A stretch of DNA of 64,000 bases, from assembly GCA_963780185.1 (NCBI GenBank), contig CAWABA010000006.1, positions 416,001-480,000 on the forward strand, in the 5' to 3' direction. The stretch is from Candidatus Bathyarchaeota archaeon (GTDB lineage Archaea; Thermoproteota; Bathyarchaeia; Bathyarchaeales; Bathycorpusculaceae). A program made the position numbers and the translations under genes. Under the pieces are notes generated by a model, which was not told where the DNA came from, ran no database searches, and was given only the letters and a program-made list of their open reading frames with translations. Positions 39,314 through 48,539 of the stretch are shown here, piece by piece. Numbering within the stretch: position 1 is the stretch's first letter; each line of letters begins with the position of its first letter.

Positions 39314-39485
39314 GATTTCAGCGCCGTCCCTTTGGAGTACGCAGCCAAGATAATTTAATTTAACTGTAAAAAACCCGGGGGAAGAATCCGATTAACACTT
39401 GATATGGGCTTTAGCGCAATCGGCTATTGGAGGCATGAAAAAGCTTTTATCCTTAATTAGACCACAAAAAGCAGAGGAAAAAGCG

Positions 39486-40163
39486 ATGACTCTTGAATCA
39501 AGCAAAACCTTAGGCTTAGTCGGTGCCATTCTAACTTTAATCGGGGCATTCGGAGTTTTTGGCGTACCCTATTTGTCAATACTGTCACTGGTCGGAATCA
39601 TAATTATTCTGATTGGTTTGCGTGGTTTAGCAGATGTTTACCAAGATAAAGGAATATTCAACAACTCTCTTTACGGATTTATCGCAGGCATAATTGGAGT
39701 AGTCGTAGCAGCGGTTGTGTTGATCGCCGATGTTTTGATCAACATGAACGCCCTAAAAGCTTTCATCCAACAGATTTACCCGTCTTGGAACGGCAGCTGG
39801 TCAACGATTTCTTCACTTGCAGGCCAAACTGCTAACACATCGAACTTGGACACCAAACCACTTGTTCCATTCATAGAATTAGCGCTTTTGGCACTTGTGA
39901 TTCTGTATGTCTTCCTGATTGTTTGGGCTTTCTTCGCAAGAAAATCACTGAAAACGCTCGCGACAAAATCAAACGAAGGCTTATTCGGAACCGCTTCTCT
40001 AGTGCCGATTATAGGCGCGGCATTGACGATAATTATTGTAGGTGTCGTCATCATGTGGATTGCTGTGCTAATGATGGCTATCGCCTTCTACAGGCTTAAA
40101 CCGCAGACAGAACAACCTCCAGTAACCTACGTGACGCCTCCATCGACACCGACACCAGTCTAA
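39486..40163 (+). CDS. DUF996-family membrane protein
   Basis: K.LG.VGAIL, L.GLA..Y.D..IFNN.L, GA.LTII.VG...AIAF. Confidence 0.85.
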   Translation: MTLESSKTLGLVGAILTLIGAFGVFGVPYLSILSLVGIIIILIGLRGLADVYQDKGIFNNSLYGFIAGIIGVVVAAVVLIADVLINMNALKAFIQQIYPSWNGSWSTISSLAGQTANTSNLDTKPLVPFIELALLALVILYVFLIVWAFFARKSLKTLATKSNEGLFGTASLVPIIGAALTIIIVGVVIMWIAVLMMAIAFYRLKPQTEQPPVTYVTPPSTPTPV

Positions 40164-40208
40164 AACCCAGAAAAAACTCTCTTTTTTTCTTTTGTCTTGT
40201 TGTTTTCT

Positions 40209-40390
40209 ACCCATTTTTGTGATGAATTTTGTCACAAATAGTAGGGTACCTAGTAGGGGTTGGCTTGGGATTTACCCATTTTTACATTGGGATTTTGATG
40301 TAAATACTAGACCCCCTCCCCAGGGTAGGCTGTTTTAGAAAGCGCTTGAATCAGGTTGTTTTCTTGGTTTAGAGACCAAATCAGGCTTAG
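40209..40390 (-). repeat. Dispersed repeat family A, full two-hairpin copy (inverted, hairpin order swapped)
   Basis: Reverse complement reads CTAAGCC...AAACAGCCTACC..GGGGAGGGGGTCTAGTA-TTTACA-N12-TGTAAA...GGTACCCTACTA-TTTGTG-N11-CACAAA. Confidence 0.8.
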
Positions 40391-40624
40391 GAAAAATTGT
40401 TTCCCGCGGCGGTGAGGAAAAACCGCTAAAAAGTAGGCATAAATCGATTTATATCATTATAATAAAAACAATGTGTGGTGGAATCACCTGCGCCAAAACG
40501 CCCCTCTTTTACGCTTGATTTCGCTGAGTTTTGTAGCGCAACAATTACCGAATTGTTAGCAAGCGCAATTTGGGAGAATTCATAAAAAGAAAAATGTGGG
40601 GGAAAAATGGGCTGTGTTCGTGTT

Positions 40625-41386
40625 CTATAGTTTTGCTGAATTTAGGATCTTGATTTTGGGTTTTCGTGTTAGCACTGCTCCCGCCACGACAGCTACGGAT
40701 GACAGTAACACAACGACTCCAATTGTCAAGGTCTCTGGGAGAACTACGCCGACGCCTAATGATGCCGTTGCAGTGCCTCCATTCGAAGTTACCACTGTCA
40801 CAGTGTACACGCCGTTTGCCACCGCGGGAACAGTTATTGAAGCCGTGAAGCCGCCTGTTGAATTTGTCGTTACCCCACTTGTAGGTGTCACTTTATACTG
40901 ATAATAAGTGTAGCTGCAGGTTGCCGTCAAAGCATAGCTTGATAAATCCATTGTTGAAGAGCGACCAAATACGCCTGTTGCATAATTAACAGTGCCCCCA
41001 GCACTGTAGCTACTTGAGGTTGCCAATGTTCCATCGCCATTATCGGTCCAATCGGATCCTGTACCAGCAGTATCCCAGTGCATGCTGAAAGAACCTGGTA
41101 CGATCGGATAATGAGCCAGTGTAGCCGTATATGGACCCGTACCAGTTCCTGAAAAGGTGGTGTAATTGTCGTTACTTGCCGCTATTGTTGTTCCTAAGCC
41201 AATACCAACGTTCATTGCTGCTCCAAATCCCGTGCCTGAAACCGTAACAGTACTGCCTGCAGTGACGTTAGCGTTCGGTGTTAAGGTTATCGCTCCAGCG
41301 GCTTTAGCTGGAGGAATCAATACAGAGAAAGACAGCATAGACATTGCTATGATGAAAATAACGTAAGTTTTTACGAGTTTCTTCAT
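40625..41386 (-). CDS. Secreted surface protein with PEF-CTERM-like C-terminal anchor
   Basis: Signal peptide (..PAKA/AG), G/T/S-rich Ig-like body, LPE plus TM plus RKPK tail. Confidence 0.7.
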   Translation of the reverse strand: MKKLVKTYVIFIIAMSMLSFSVLIPPAKAAGAITLTPNANVTAGSTVTVSGTGFGAAMNVGIGLGTTIAASNDNYTTFSGTGTGPYTATLAHYPIVPGSFSMHWDTAGTGSDWTDNGDGTLATSSSYSAGGTVNYATGVFGRSSTMDLSSYALTATCSYTYYQYKVTPTSGVTTNSTGGFTASITVPAVANGVYTVTVVTSNGGTATASLGVGVVLPETLTIGVVVLLSSVAVVAGAVLTRKPKIKILNSAKL

Positions 41387-41676
41387 TTTTTTCCCGTCTT
41401 CCTTATTGATGCGTTTTGCATATAAGATTTGCGTCTATTGAGCAAAAGCAGGGCGTTTTTCGCGTGAAAATATAGAGCAGACCCACCAAAAACTATGGTT
41501 CTGTTTACCCCGAAAACACTCTGTTTAAAGGCATAATAACAGATTAGGGCGCCGAATGGAGGAATACGGGGAACCCTAAAGGGTGGGGTATCCGCTACGA
41601 TGACTGAGGCGCTTAACCGTTATCATCTGGAACATGCGAAACGGAGCGAGCGCGCAAGCGACGTTGTTTAAACGTA

Positions 41677-41829
41677 TTATCGTTTTATTCTTCCTGCGCC
41701 ATCGCATTTTGAACATTTTTTTCTATTGTCCCCTGTCCCTATCGTACCTTGGCCGTGGCATTCAGGGCACGTTATTAACCAATCTTCATCGCGCTCATAA
41801 CTTCGAGATATAAAATTTCTCTCCCTCAA
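41677..41829 (-). CDS. Tiny DnaJ-type zinc-finger protein (two CxxCxGxG), frameshift in an A-run near 41720
   Basis: CPECHGQG...CSKCDGAGRI across a 1-nt shift; start uncertain. Confidence 0.55.
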   Translation of the reverse strand: MRERNFISRSYERDEDWLITCPECHGQGTIGTGDNRKKCSKCDGAGRIKR

Positions 41830-41935
41830 ATCTCTGCGCTAATATTTACCCGTTTGTTCTTTCAAGTATTTAGATTTTAACCCGTTCACGCTTGCCATGC
41901 AAAAAGTGTTTTTTACATAAATGTCCATTTGCTTT

Positions 41936-44056
41936 TTAGTTCTTGTTTGGGGGAAAACGTATTATGAATGTTGTCCCTTTGCCCTCTTGGCTCTCGAAGG
42001 TTACGGTGCCTCCCAATGATTCAGTCATACGTTTGATTACTACTAAGCCGAAGCCTTGACCTTTCGCTTTAGTTGTAAACATTGGTGAAAACAACTTACC
42101 TCTAATGGCTTCAGGAATGCCAACGCCAGTGTCCTTGACAGATATTATGACGTCGTTTGAATCTTTGAAAACACACAGAGTTAGTTCTCCGCCCTTGGGC
42201 ATAGCTTGAACGCCATTATTGACCAAATTATACAAAATGCGATTTATGTAAGTGGTGTCAGTAACAACTTTCCTTGCATCCTTTTCCACGATAACACTTA
42301 CTTTAACGTTCTCGGGCACAATGTTCTTTTTCAATAAATCGTCAATTATTAGCTTAATGTCTGATTCTTCTACATTTGGTCTAAGTGGTCTGGCAAAATC
42401 TTGAAGATCCGCCACAATTTTATTGATGTAATCAATATTCTTTTCAATCTCTTTCAAACTCTCTAACACAAGCTTTTTTTCATCACTCTCATCCATCGAA
42501 GCTAATTCTGTTTTAGCCAAATAAACATCGCTAATAATAGACTGCAACGGGTTACGAATGTCATGACCAACCATCCCAGCAGTAGCACCAATAGCCGCTA
42601 AACGTTCAGAATCTTTTAGTTTCTTCGCCGCTTCCACAGCTTCCGCTTCAGCTTTCTTACGCTCTGATATATCTCTGGCAGCTGCAAAAACTCCTTGTAT
42701 TTCACCTTTGTCATTATTGTAAACAGTAGCATTGTACAAAACTTCAGTAATTCCGCCATTCCTATGTTTAATCGCTAATGGATAATCTTTCACTAATCCC
42801 TCAATGAAAACCCGTTTATAACCAATCTTGGCTTTTTCAGGTTCAACAAAATAGTCTGAGAAGTCACTGCCAATTAACTCGTCTCTTGAACGCCCCGTAG
42901 CTATCTCGGTGGCTTTGTTCACGTCTGTGATTTTGCCATCAGCACTGATAGTGACCAAAGGGTCCAGACTCGCTTCAATTAAGTTTCGGGCATAGAGAGC
43001 ACTGAGCTCAAGTTTCTTTGTTCGTTCCGCAACAAGCTTCTCCAAATCTCCAGAGTGAGCCTTCAGGACTCTTTTGTTTTCCTCAAGAAGTTCCAGCATT
43101 GTGCTGTTGACCAGTGCAACTGATGCTAATTCTCCAAATGCCAGTGACATTTCAGCATCACGTTTGGTGAATCCACCTATTTTATTAGCCAACCCGATAA
43201 CTCCAACTGTTCTCTGATTGATAGTTAATGGGGCAAATAGCACGTTCTTGAGTTGAACATGACCTTTGGGCGAGAACTCTTGCCATTTGCTGTGTAGAAA
43301 ATCGTTTTCCATAGCAACTTCCCCAGAGTCATATGCAATTGAGCGGAGTCCCCGAATAGGCATCGGAAGCGAAGGGTCAACAGTGCAAGGAAGCCCTCCA
43401 GAATCCAGAAACAAAACTTGGTTTTCTTTTCCATTATCGCTTAAGAGCGCAACATAGCCGGCTGTCGCTCCGATTAATTCTTTGCAGGCGTCAAAAATTG
43501 CTCGTGCCGAAATTTGAAATTCGTTATTCTGAAGAACTGCTTTTGATGCTTTCAATAGGGCTGAAACCTCAGACTCACGCCGCGTGGATGCTTCAAGAAA
43601 TGAAGATAGCTCTTGCTCCATTTTCTTGTTTTTAGTTAATGTCTCTGGCTATTGTTAAAGCACCAATAACCGTTCCATGATGGTCTCTAATTGGTGAAAC
43701 AGTAAGTGATAGGTCGATTTTTGCGCCGTCTTTTCGTATGCGTTGAGTTTGAAGATTCTTAATTTGCTCGCCTGTGCTGATTCTTTTGAGAATTTGGGAG
43801 ATTTCTTCTTTTCTTTCTCTGGAGCTAAGATTTTAATTGATTTACCGAGAACCTCGGCTGCTTTGTATCCATAGATTTTTTCCGCGGAATTGTTCCAACT
43901 TGTAATGGTACCATCTATATTTTTGCCAATAATTGCATCATCGGAATTCAGCATAAGGGCGGCAAGAAACTGGGCTTCTTTTTCAGCGTTATTGCGTTTG
44001 GTAGTCTTTTGTTTACTTTCAACTTTCTCATCGAGATTTCTTTTACTCGTATGCAA
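41936..44056 (-). CDS. Soluble PAS-GAF-PAS histidine kinase, split by indels near 43810 and 43635
   Basis: PAS (DAIIGKN.DG.ITSWN) in 43655-44056 continues in another frame to RDI; GAF, PAS, GHDIRNPL and ATPase boxes in 41936-43621. Confidence 0.88.
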
Positions 44057-44271
44057 AGAAGCTCCGCAACCCTCAAGAAGTTATCATCTTACTTTCCACG
44101 ACCCAATAAATAAAAGTTTTTTATAGAAAAGAGATTTTGGTATTGGCGCCAATAAAATCATTTGGAATTTGTATTTTCTTGTTTCTAAGATGTTTTTCTT
44201 GGAGTAGATGCTAAGGCGTTTTGCGGCAAGTTTTATAAAAGGTTCGAATTGACTATGACTGATAACCTGAT

Positions 44272-44512
44272 ATGAGCAAGCAAGTTAACGTCGCGTTGAT
44301 TTCGGTTCTGTTCTTGCTTTCCTTGATTCCGTTGGTTAGTGCGACCTCGACGACGGTTACTGTCCCAAAACTTGGCACCCAAAGTAGAGTGGGCTGCAGC
44401 CATTAACATGCTTATTTCCAAGAAGAACCATGAAACCGTAAACTGTTACCGCTGCTGGACGGAGAACAAATCAACCGAACCCCAATGTAGCCATTGTGGA
44501 GCAAACTTGTAA
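44272..44512 (+). pseudogene. Gene remnant: signal peptide joined out of frame to a C-terminal zinc ribbon
   Basis: MSKQVNVALISVLFLLSLIPLVSA.. (44272-44406), then ..WAAAINMLISKK..CYRC....CSHCGANL* (ends 44512). Confidence 0.45.
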
Positions 44513-44707
44513 CGAGTGCCAGTATCAGGCTACAGCGCAGAAGACTGAGATCCCGCCTTATCCTCAAACAATATTCATATCTTACCGGGATGCGGGTTCT
44601 ATAGCGTGGATGATGTCGCCAACCCAGCCTTAGGGCTTAGTAATTTCCTATGTTTTCTAAACAGTACTTATCTCATCAATCTAGTAATAAGGTTTTGGAT
44701 AATACTT

Positions 44708-45688
44708 CTATTTAGTGCTCTCTTGAAGTATATGTAAGACTTTACGAACTAAGTCATCCTCATTACTGAATTCCTCTTGATTTCCTTCACTTAAATCGAT
44801 AACTTCTCCATAACTTGTTTTTAAAACAACATGAGGGTTCAAGGTGTTATGTCTTAAATATATGAACTTCATATTCGGAACAGCTCTAGCTAACGTCAAT
44901 TCTTTAGGTACTTCCTGTGAGGTTTCCATTTTAATCGTAATTAAAAGAACAAAACGTTTGCTATTCTTAATCGCCTCATCGCGTACTTTAGACCATTTTT
45001 GGTTGCCCTCAAACTCCTTGGGAATGTCGGTCAAATCAAGGAATGTTGAATAGCCTTCTTGAGTCAGGCATTTCTTTAGATTCAAAGCAAGGTCTTTTGC
45101 TGTGTTTCGTTTATAAGAAATAAAAATATCGTAATTTTTTGGACTTATGGTAATTTCTGTTTCCTTATTTAGCCAAGCTTTGTATTTGTTGATGTCTAGC
45201 GCTATTGCCAATGCACAAACCGCTAAACCGATTTCTTTTTGATATTTATAGTACTGCAATGTTGCAACGTCAGTATTAGGGGGGATTAAAAGCGTTTTTA
45301 TTTCAAAGCTTTTCGCACCGATTGACGTTTCTATGGTTTCTCGAAGGAAAAACTTGCTTTCTTTATCACCTATTCGTTGAGTTATCCCAAAATTCGCTGA
45401 AAGTTGTTGTAATAACATCAATGGTTCTTTGCCAACAGTCTCGACAAAGTCTGAACGTATCCGTAGGCATATTCCTATTTCAAATATTTTTTCGTTCGTT
45501 AACTGACCGAGGATAAGCAGGTATGTATTGGAATTTGGTTCAGGTCGTAGGAAAAAAAGCGCGGTTAAATCTTCAAGTTGAACTTTTTGCCTAATTAATG
45601 AGTCTGTTACTGTTCTTATAACATCTCTCTTAGAAACCGCTGCAATATTTGACCAAGGTTCATCTAAATTCTTGAAGTTTATTCTCAA
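44708..45688 (-). CDS. TIR-domain protein with unrecognised N-terminal domain
   Basis: YDIFISYKR, GYSTFLD, AIKNSKRFVLLIT, S.EV.KEL..A (catalytic Glu position). Confidence 0.85.
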   Translation of the reverse strand: MRINFKNLDEPWSNIAAVSKRDVIRTVTDSLIRQKVQLEDLTALFFLRPEPNSNTYLLILGQLTNEKIFEIGICLRIRSDFVETVGKEPLMLLQQLSANFGITQRIGDKESKFFLRETIETSIGAKSFEIKTLLIPPNTDVATLQYYKYQKEIGLAVCALAIALDINKYKAWLNKETEITISPKNYDIFISYKRNTAKDLALNLKKCLTQEGYSTFLDLTDIPKEFEGNQKWSKVRDEAIKNSKRFVLLITIKMETSQEVPKELTLARAVPNMKFIYLRHNTLNPHVVLKTSYGEVIDLSEGNQEEFSNEDDLVRKVLHILQESTK

Positions 45689-45762
45689 TCGGTAACCAAC
45701 CTATTGCTTTTATTTATGTTAGCCTTTTGTATTTTTGATTTTTCCTAAGGAGAGCGTAAACC

Positions 45763-45803
45763 TCTGTAAAGACAGAGTCCTTAGGTGCGATGAGGGTGCC
45801 CTT
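45763..45803. repeat. ~40-nt dispersed repeat family B, copy 2
   Basis: TCTGTAAAGACAGAGTCCTTAGGTGCGATGAGGGTGCCCTT matches 8082-8121. Confidence 0.65.
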
Positions 45804-45819
45804 CAGGAAAAATTGTTGT

Positions 45820-46017
45820 CTAATCTTCCGCTTTTGGCTTGGCTTTAAAATGTGGGCAGGCTGTTTCTGTGGGCTTTAAGTTGGTGAAGTGAGCTAGTTT
45901 GCAGGTTCCGTTGTCGAAGTTTTGGCATTCTCCATGTTTGTGTTTGTAGAAATCTAGTTTTGGGGCGCTGTTTTGGAGCCGCCGCAAGGTATCTCGAAGT
46001 GGACTCATACTCTGCAC
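45820..46017 (-). CDS. Small Cys/His-containing hypothetical protein
   Basis: HGEC.NF...C...........ACPHF pattern. Confidence 0.55.
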   Translation of the reverse strand: MQSMSPLRDTLRRLQNSAPKLDFYKHKHGECQNFDNGTCKLAHFTNLKPTETACPHFKAKPKAED

Positions 46018-46052
46018 CTTCTAACTGTTAATTATCTGAAGTGTAATTAAAT

Positions 46053-46634
46053 TTAAAGTGAACCCCTTAATTTCTTTACCCAAACATGGGTGATTTCCCC
46101 AAATACATATTTGCGATAATCGTTTGCTTCTTTGTAAGCTTGGTTTATATAGCTTTTAGCTTCTTGTGTGTAAAAATCATTGGGAGTGGGGGTAGTAATT
46201 TCCGTTAATTTGCATTCAATAATTAGTCTGGCTTCTTTGAAAGACATATCTCCGGAAGGAGTTTGAACGCTTGTCAATTCAACTTCTTTCATTTTCTGGC
46301 TATCTCTTCCTGATTTACTTCCCAAAAAAAGTATTTGTTCCATATATTCATCTGGGAAGTAAGACATTGTATATGTTTGCTCTTTTTGAATCATTTCAAG
46401 CGTATAACGGTTTGCTTGAAGAATACACCAAGTGGTAGGTTTCTTGAAAAGCATCCCCAAACCACCCCCACTGGCCGTCATGGAATTATAATGATCTTCC
46501 TTGCCCGCAGTAATAACCGGAAAAACTTTTCCCACCAACATAAATACATTGTCGCACATCTCGTCCGGAGAAATTTGTTTAAATAATTGATCAAAATCCA
46601 TCTCTTTGACATTTACAGGATTTGTTTTTTCCAT
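46053..46634 (-). CDS. Flavin reductase-like protein
   Basis: ITAG....NSMTAS.GGLG, RYT.E, GSKSGRD.QK, EARLIIECK, FGEI. Confidence 0.88.
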   Translation of the reverse strand: MEKTNPVNVKEMDFDQLFKQISPDEMCDNVFMLVGKVFPVITAGKEDHYNSMTASGGGLGMLFKKPTTWCILQANRYTLEMIQKEQTYTMSYFPDEYMEQILFLGSKSGRDSQKMKEVELTSVQTPSGDMSFKEARLIIECKLTEITTPTPNDFYTQEAKSYINQAYKEANDYRKYVFGEITHVWVKKLRGSL

Positions 46635-47082
46635 ACTAAACCCCTTATATAAATTAAAATTCTCCCTAAATTAAAAGGCAGTGCTTTTGTGATATGGTGG
46701 ACGCAGAATTCGGGCAAAAGAGTAATCTCACCAAAGCCCTTTTAGTCTGGAACGGTGTTGATTCGATGGGGGATGATGTCGCCGTCCCAGTCTGATTGGG
46801 AAAGATGAAGATTGAAAATTGACAGACCCCAAAGGCGGCTCGCTGGCGACCTGAAAAGCTGAGAACCCAATTTCTCAAAGAGTCAAAGGCACCTCATACC
46901 CGTTTGTGTGCTCAAAGCTGAAAATAGGAATTACTAGTGATTGAAAAGCCAAAAGGAAGCTGAATAAACGGTTATGAACTAAAATAAACTGTTTGAGTGG
47001 CTATGGTAGCTAAAAGGCTTCAGATACTCTTTTATTTCTTAAGTAACAAGAGCTAACTTGCATTAAAGGTGGAAAACGTTAA

Positions 47083-47340
47083 GTGGCGAGGATGCGGAAG
47101 AGCGCAGTGCAGATTCGGTTTGAAATCTTAGAGTACCTGTTCTTCAACTCTAAGCCGCAGCTTAGGACGGCTATTTGGCGCAAATCCACCAACGTTTCCT
47201 ACGATGATTTTTTGAAACATTTGGCGTTTCTTAAGGAGAAGAATTTGGTGAAGGAGTCGGCGGAGGGGAATTGCAGTTTGACGGAGGAGGGAAGAAACTT
47301 GTATCTTGACCTGCGAAAATCGCTTCCGTCTATCCTGTAG
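47083..47340 (+). CDS. Archaeal winged-helix transcriptional regulator
   Basis: RKS..I..EIL, T.I.RK.NVSY...HL.FL....LV...LTEEG. Confidence 0.8.
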   Translation: MARMRKSAVQIRFEILEYLFFNSKPQLRTAIWRKSTNVSYDDFLKHLAFLKEKNLVKESAEGNCSLTEEGRNLYLDLRKSLPSIL

Positions 47341-47389
47341 GATTCACCTTTGGTGCACTAGGTATAAAAACAAAAATCAGTAAAATAGG

Positions 47390-47767
47390 TTGGAAATGAA
47401 AATGCCTGAAGAAACCCACGACGAAAAACTGTACCCAGTTAAATCTCTGCATGACTTCTTGTTCGAGTTAGACAAGGAATGGACCAAGTTCCGCAACGGA
47501 ACCCTAATCGGGCTTGGCTCATCGGTGGTTCTGTTCCTTACGGTGCTCATCTTGATTTTGCGAACGAGGCATTTTGGTCTCGGGTTGCCTGGGCTGATTC
47601 TGCTGATTATAGCCGCCGTCATCTTGGGGTACAGCATCTACGCCATGTATGCCCAGTACAGGTTCCTCAACAAGTGGGAGCGTCGAATCGGCTTGCTTGT
47701 CCATATGGAAGAGGAAATGATGGCTGAGAAGCTGAACGAACCTAAAGCCGCCGAACCCAAAGCCTAA
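47390..47767 (+). CDS. Two-TM membrane protein
   Basis: Two hydrophobic helices followed by KWERR..L..MEE. Confidence 0.7.
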   Translation: MEMKMPEETHDEKLYPVKSLHDFLFELDKEWTKFRNGTLIGLGSSVVLFLTVLILILRTRHFGLGLPGLILLIIAAVILGYSIYAMYAQYRFLNKWERRIGLLVHMEEEMMAEKLNEPKAAEPKA

Positions 47768-47859
47768 ATGTACATTTATGGTGCATACCCGAAGTGCGGC
47801 TCGCTTTTTAAAGACAAAAACAAAGTGTTCACTAACCAAATCGGAGGCAAAAAAACAAA

Positions 47860-48366
47860 ATGATTAAATTAACCAGAAAAAACAAAATCGCAATAGCCGC
47901 AATAGTAGCCATAGCCATCGTGCTGGCGGTAACTGTCCCATATGTTAGCGCCCAAACCATCGCAAACACGGCGGCTTCAAACATAAGGACCCTTAACGCC
48001 AAAGGAGACATCTACCAGAAAATCGACAGCGACACCATAAAGTACTATCAGGCAAACCTAACGCTGACCGTTCAGCCAACATCAGCAACAGGCGCCGTCA
48101 AAAAATTTGACGCATCAGGCGGAACTTTGGTGACGGCAAACGGCGCGTCATACAGCTTCACAAGTGGAAACGGCGGAGTCCTAACAGGCAGACACGCGGT
48201 TCTGCTGCAGGCGCAAGGCACCGACGCAAACGGGCAGCCCGTGACGCTCAAGTTTGCGGGGCAATACTCGTACTCGTGGATTGCAGGCAAAGTGGCTTTG
48301 AAAATCGGCGCGAAACTGCAAACAGCCGACGCCAACTACACGCTTCTGATGCTGGCACCGATCTAA
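47860..48366 (+). CDS. Secreted beta-rich hypothetical protein
   Basis: Signal peptide (RKNK, hydrophobic core, VSA/Q). Confidence 0.7.
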   Translation: MIKLTRKNKIAIAAIVAIAIVLAVTVPYVSAQTIANTAASNIRTLNAKGDIYQKIDSDTIKYYQANLTLTVQPTSATGAVKKFDASGGTLVTANGASYSFTSGNGGVLTGRHAVLLQAQGTDANGQPVTLKFAGQYSYSWIAGKVALKIGAKLQTADANYTLLMLAPI

Positions 48367-48539
48367 GCCGACATTCCAGAGCGTTCCTTCCTTTTTTGAA
48401 CCCCGCTTTTTTTTAATTAACAAACTTGACGCTTGACTAGACGCCCGATTCACAGCACTTATATAACTTAACGTTTAAAATACTAAGTTAGGGATCGCCT
48501 AAGCCCCTTCTAATTGTAGATCAGAGGACATTTGACGCC

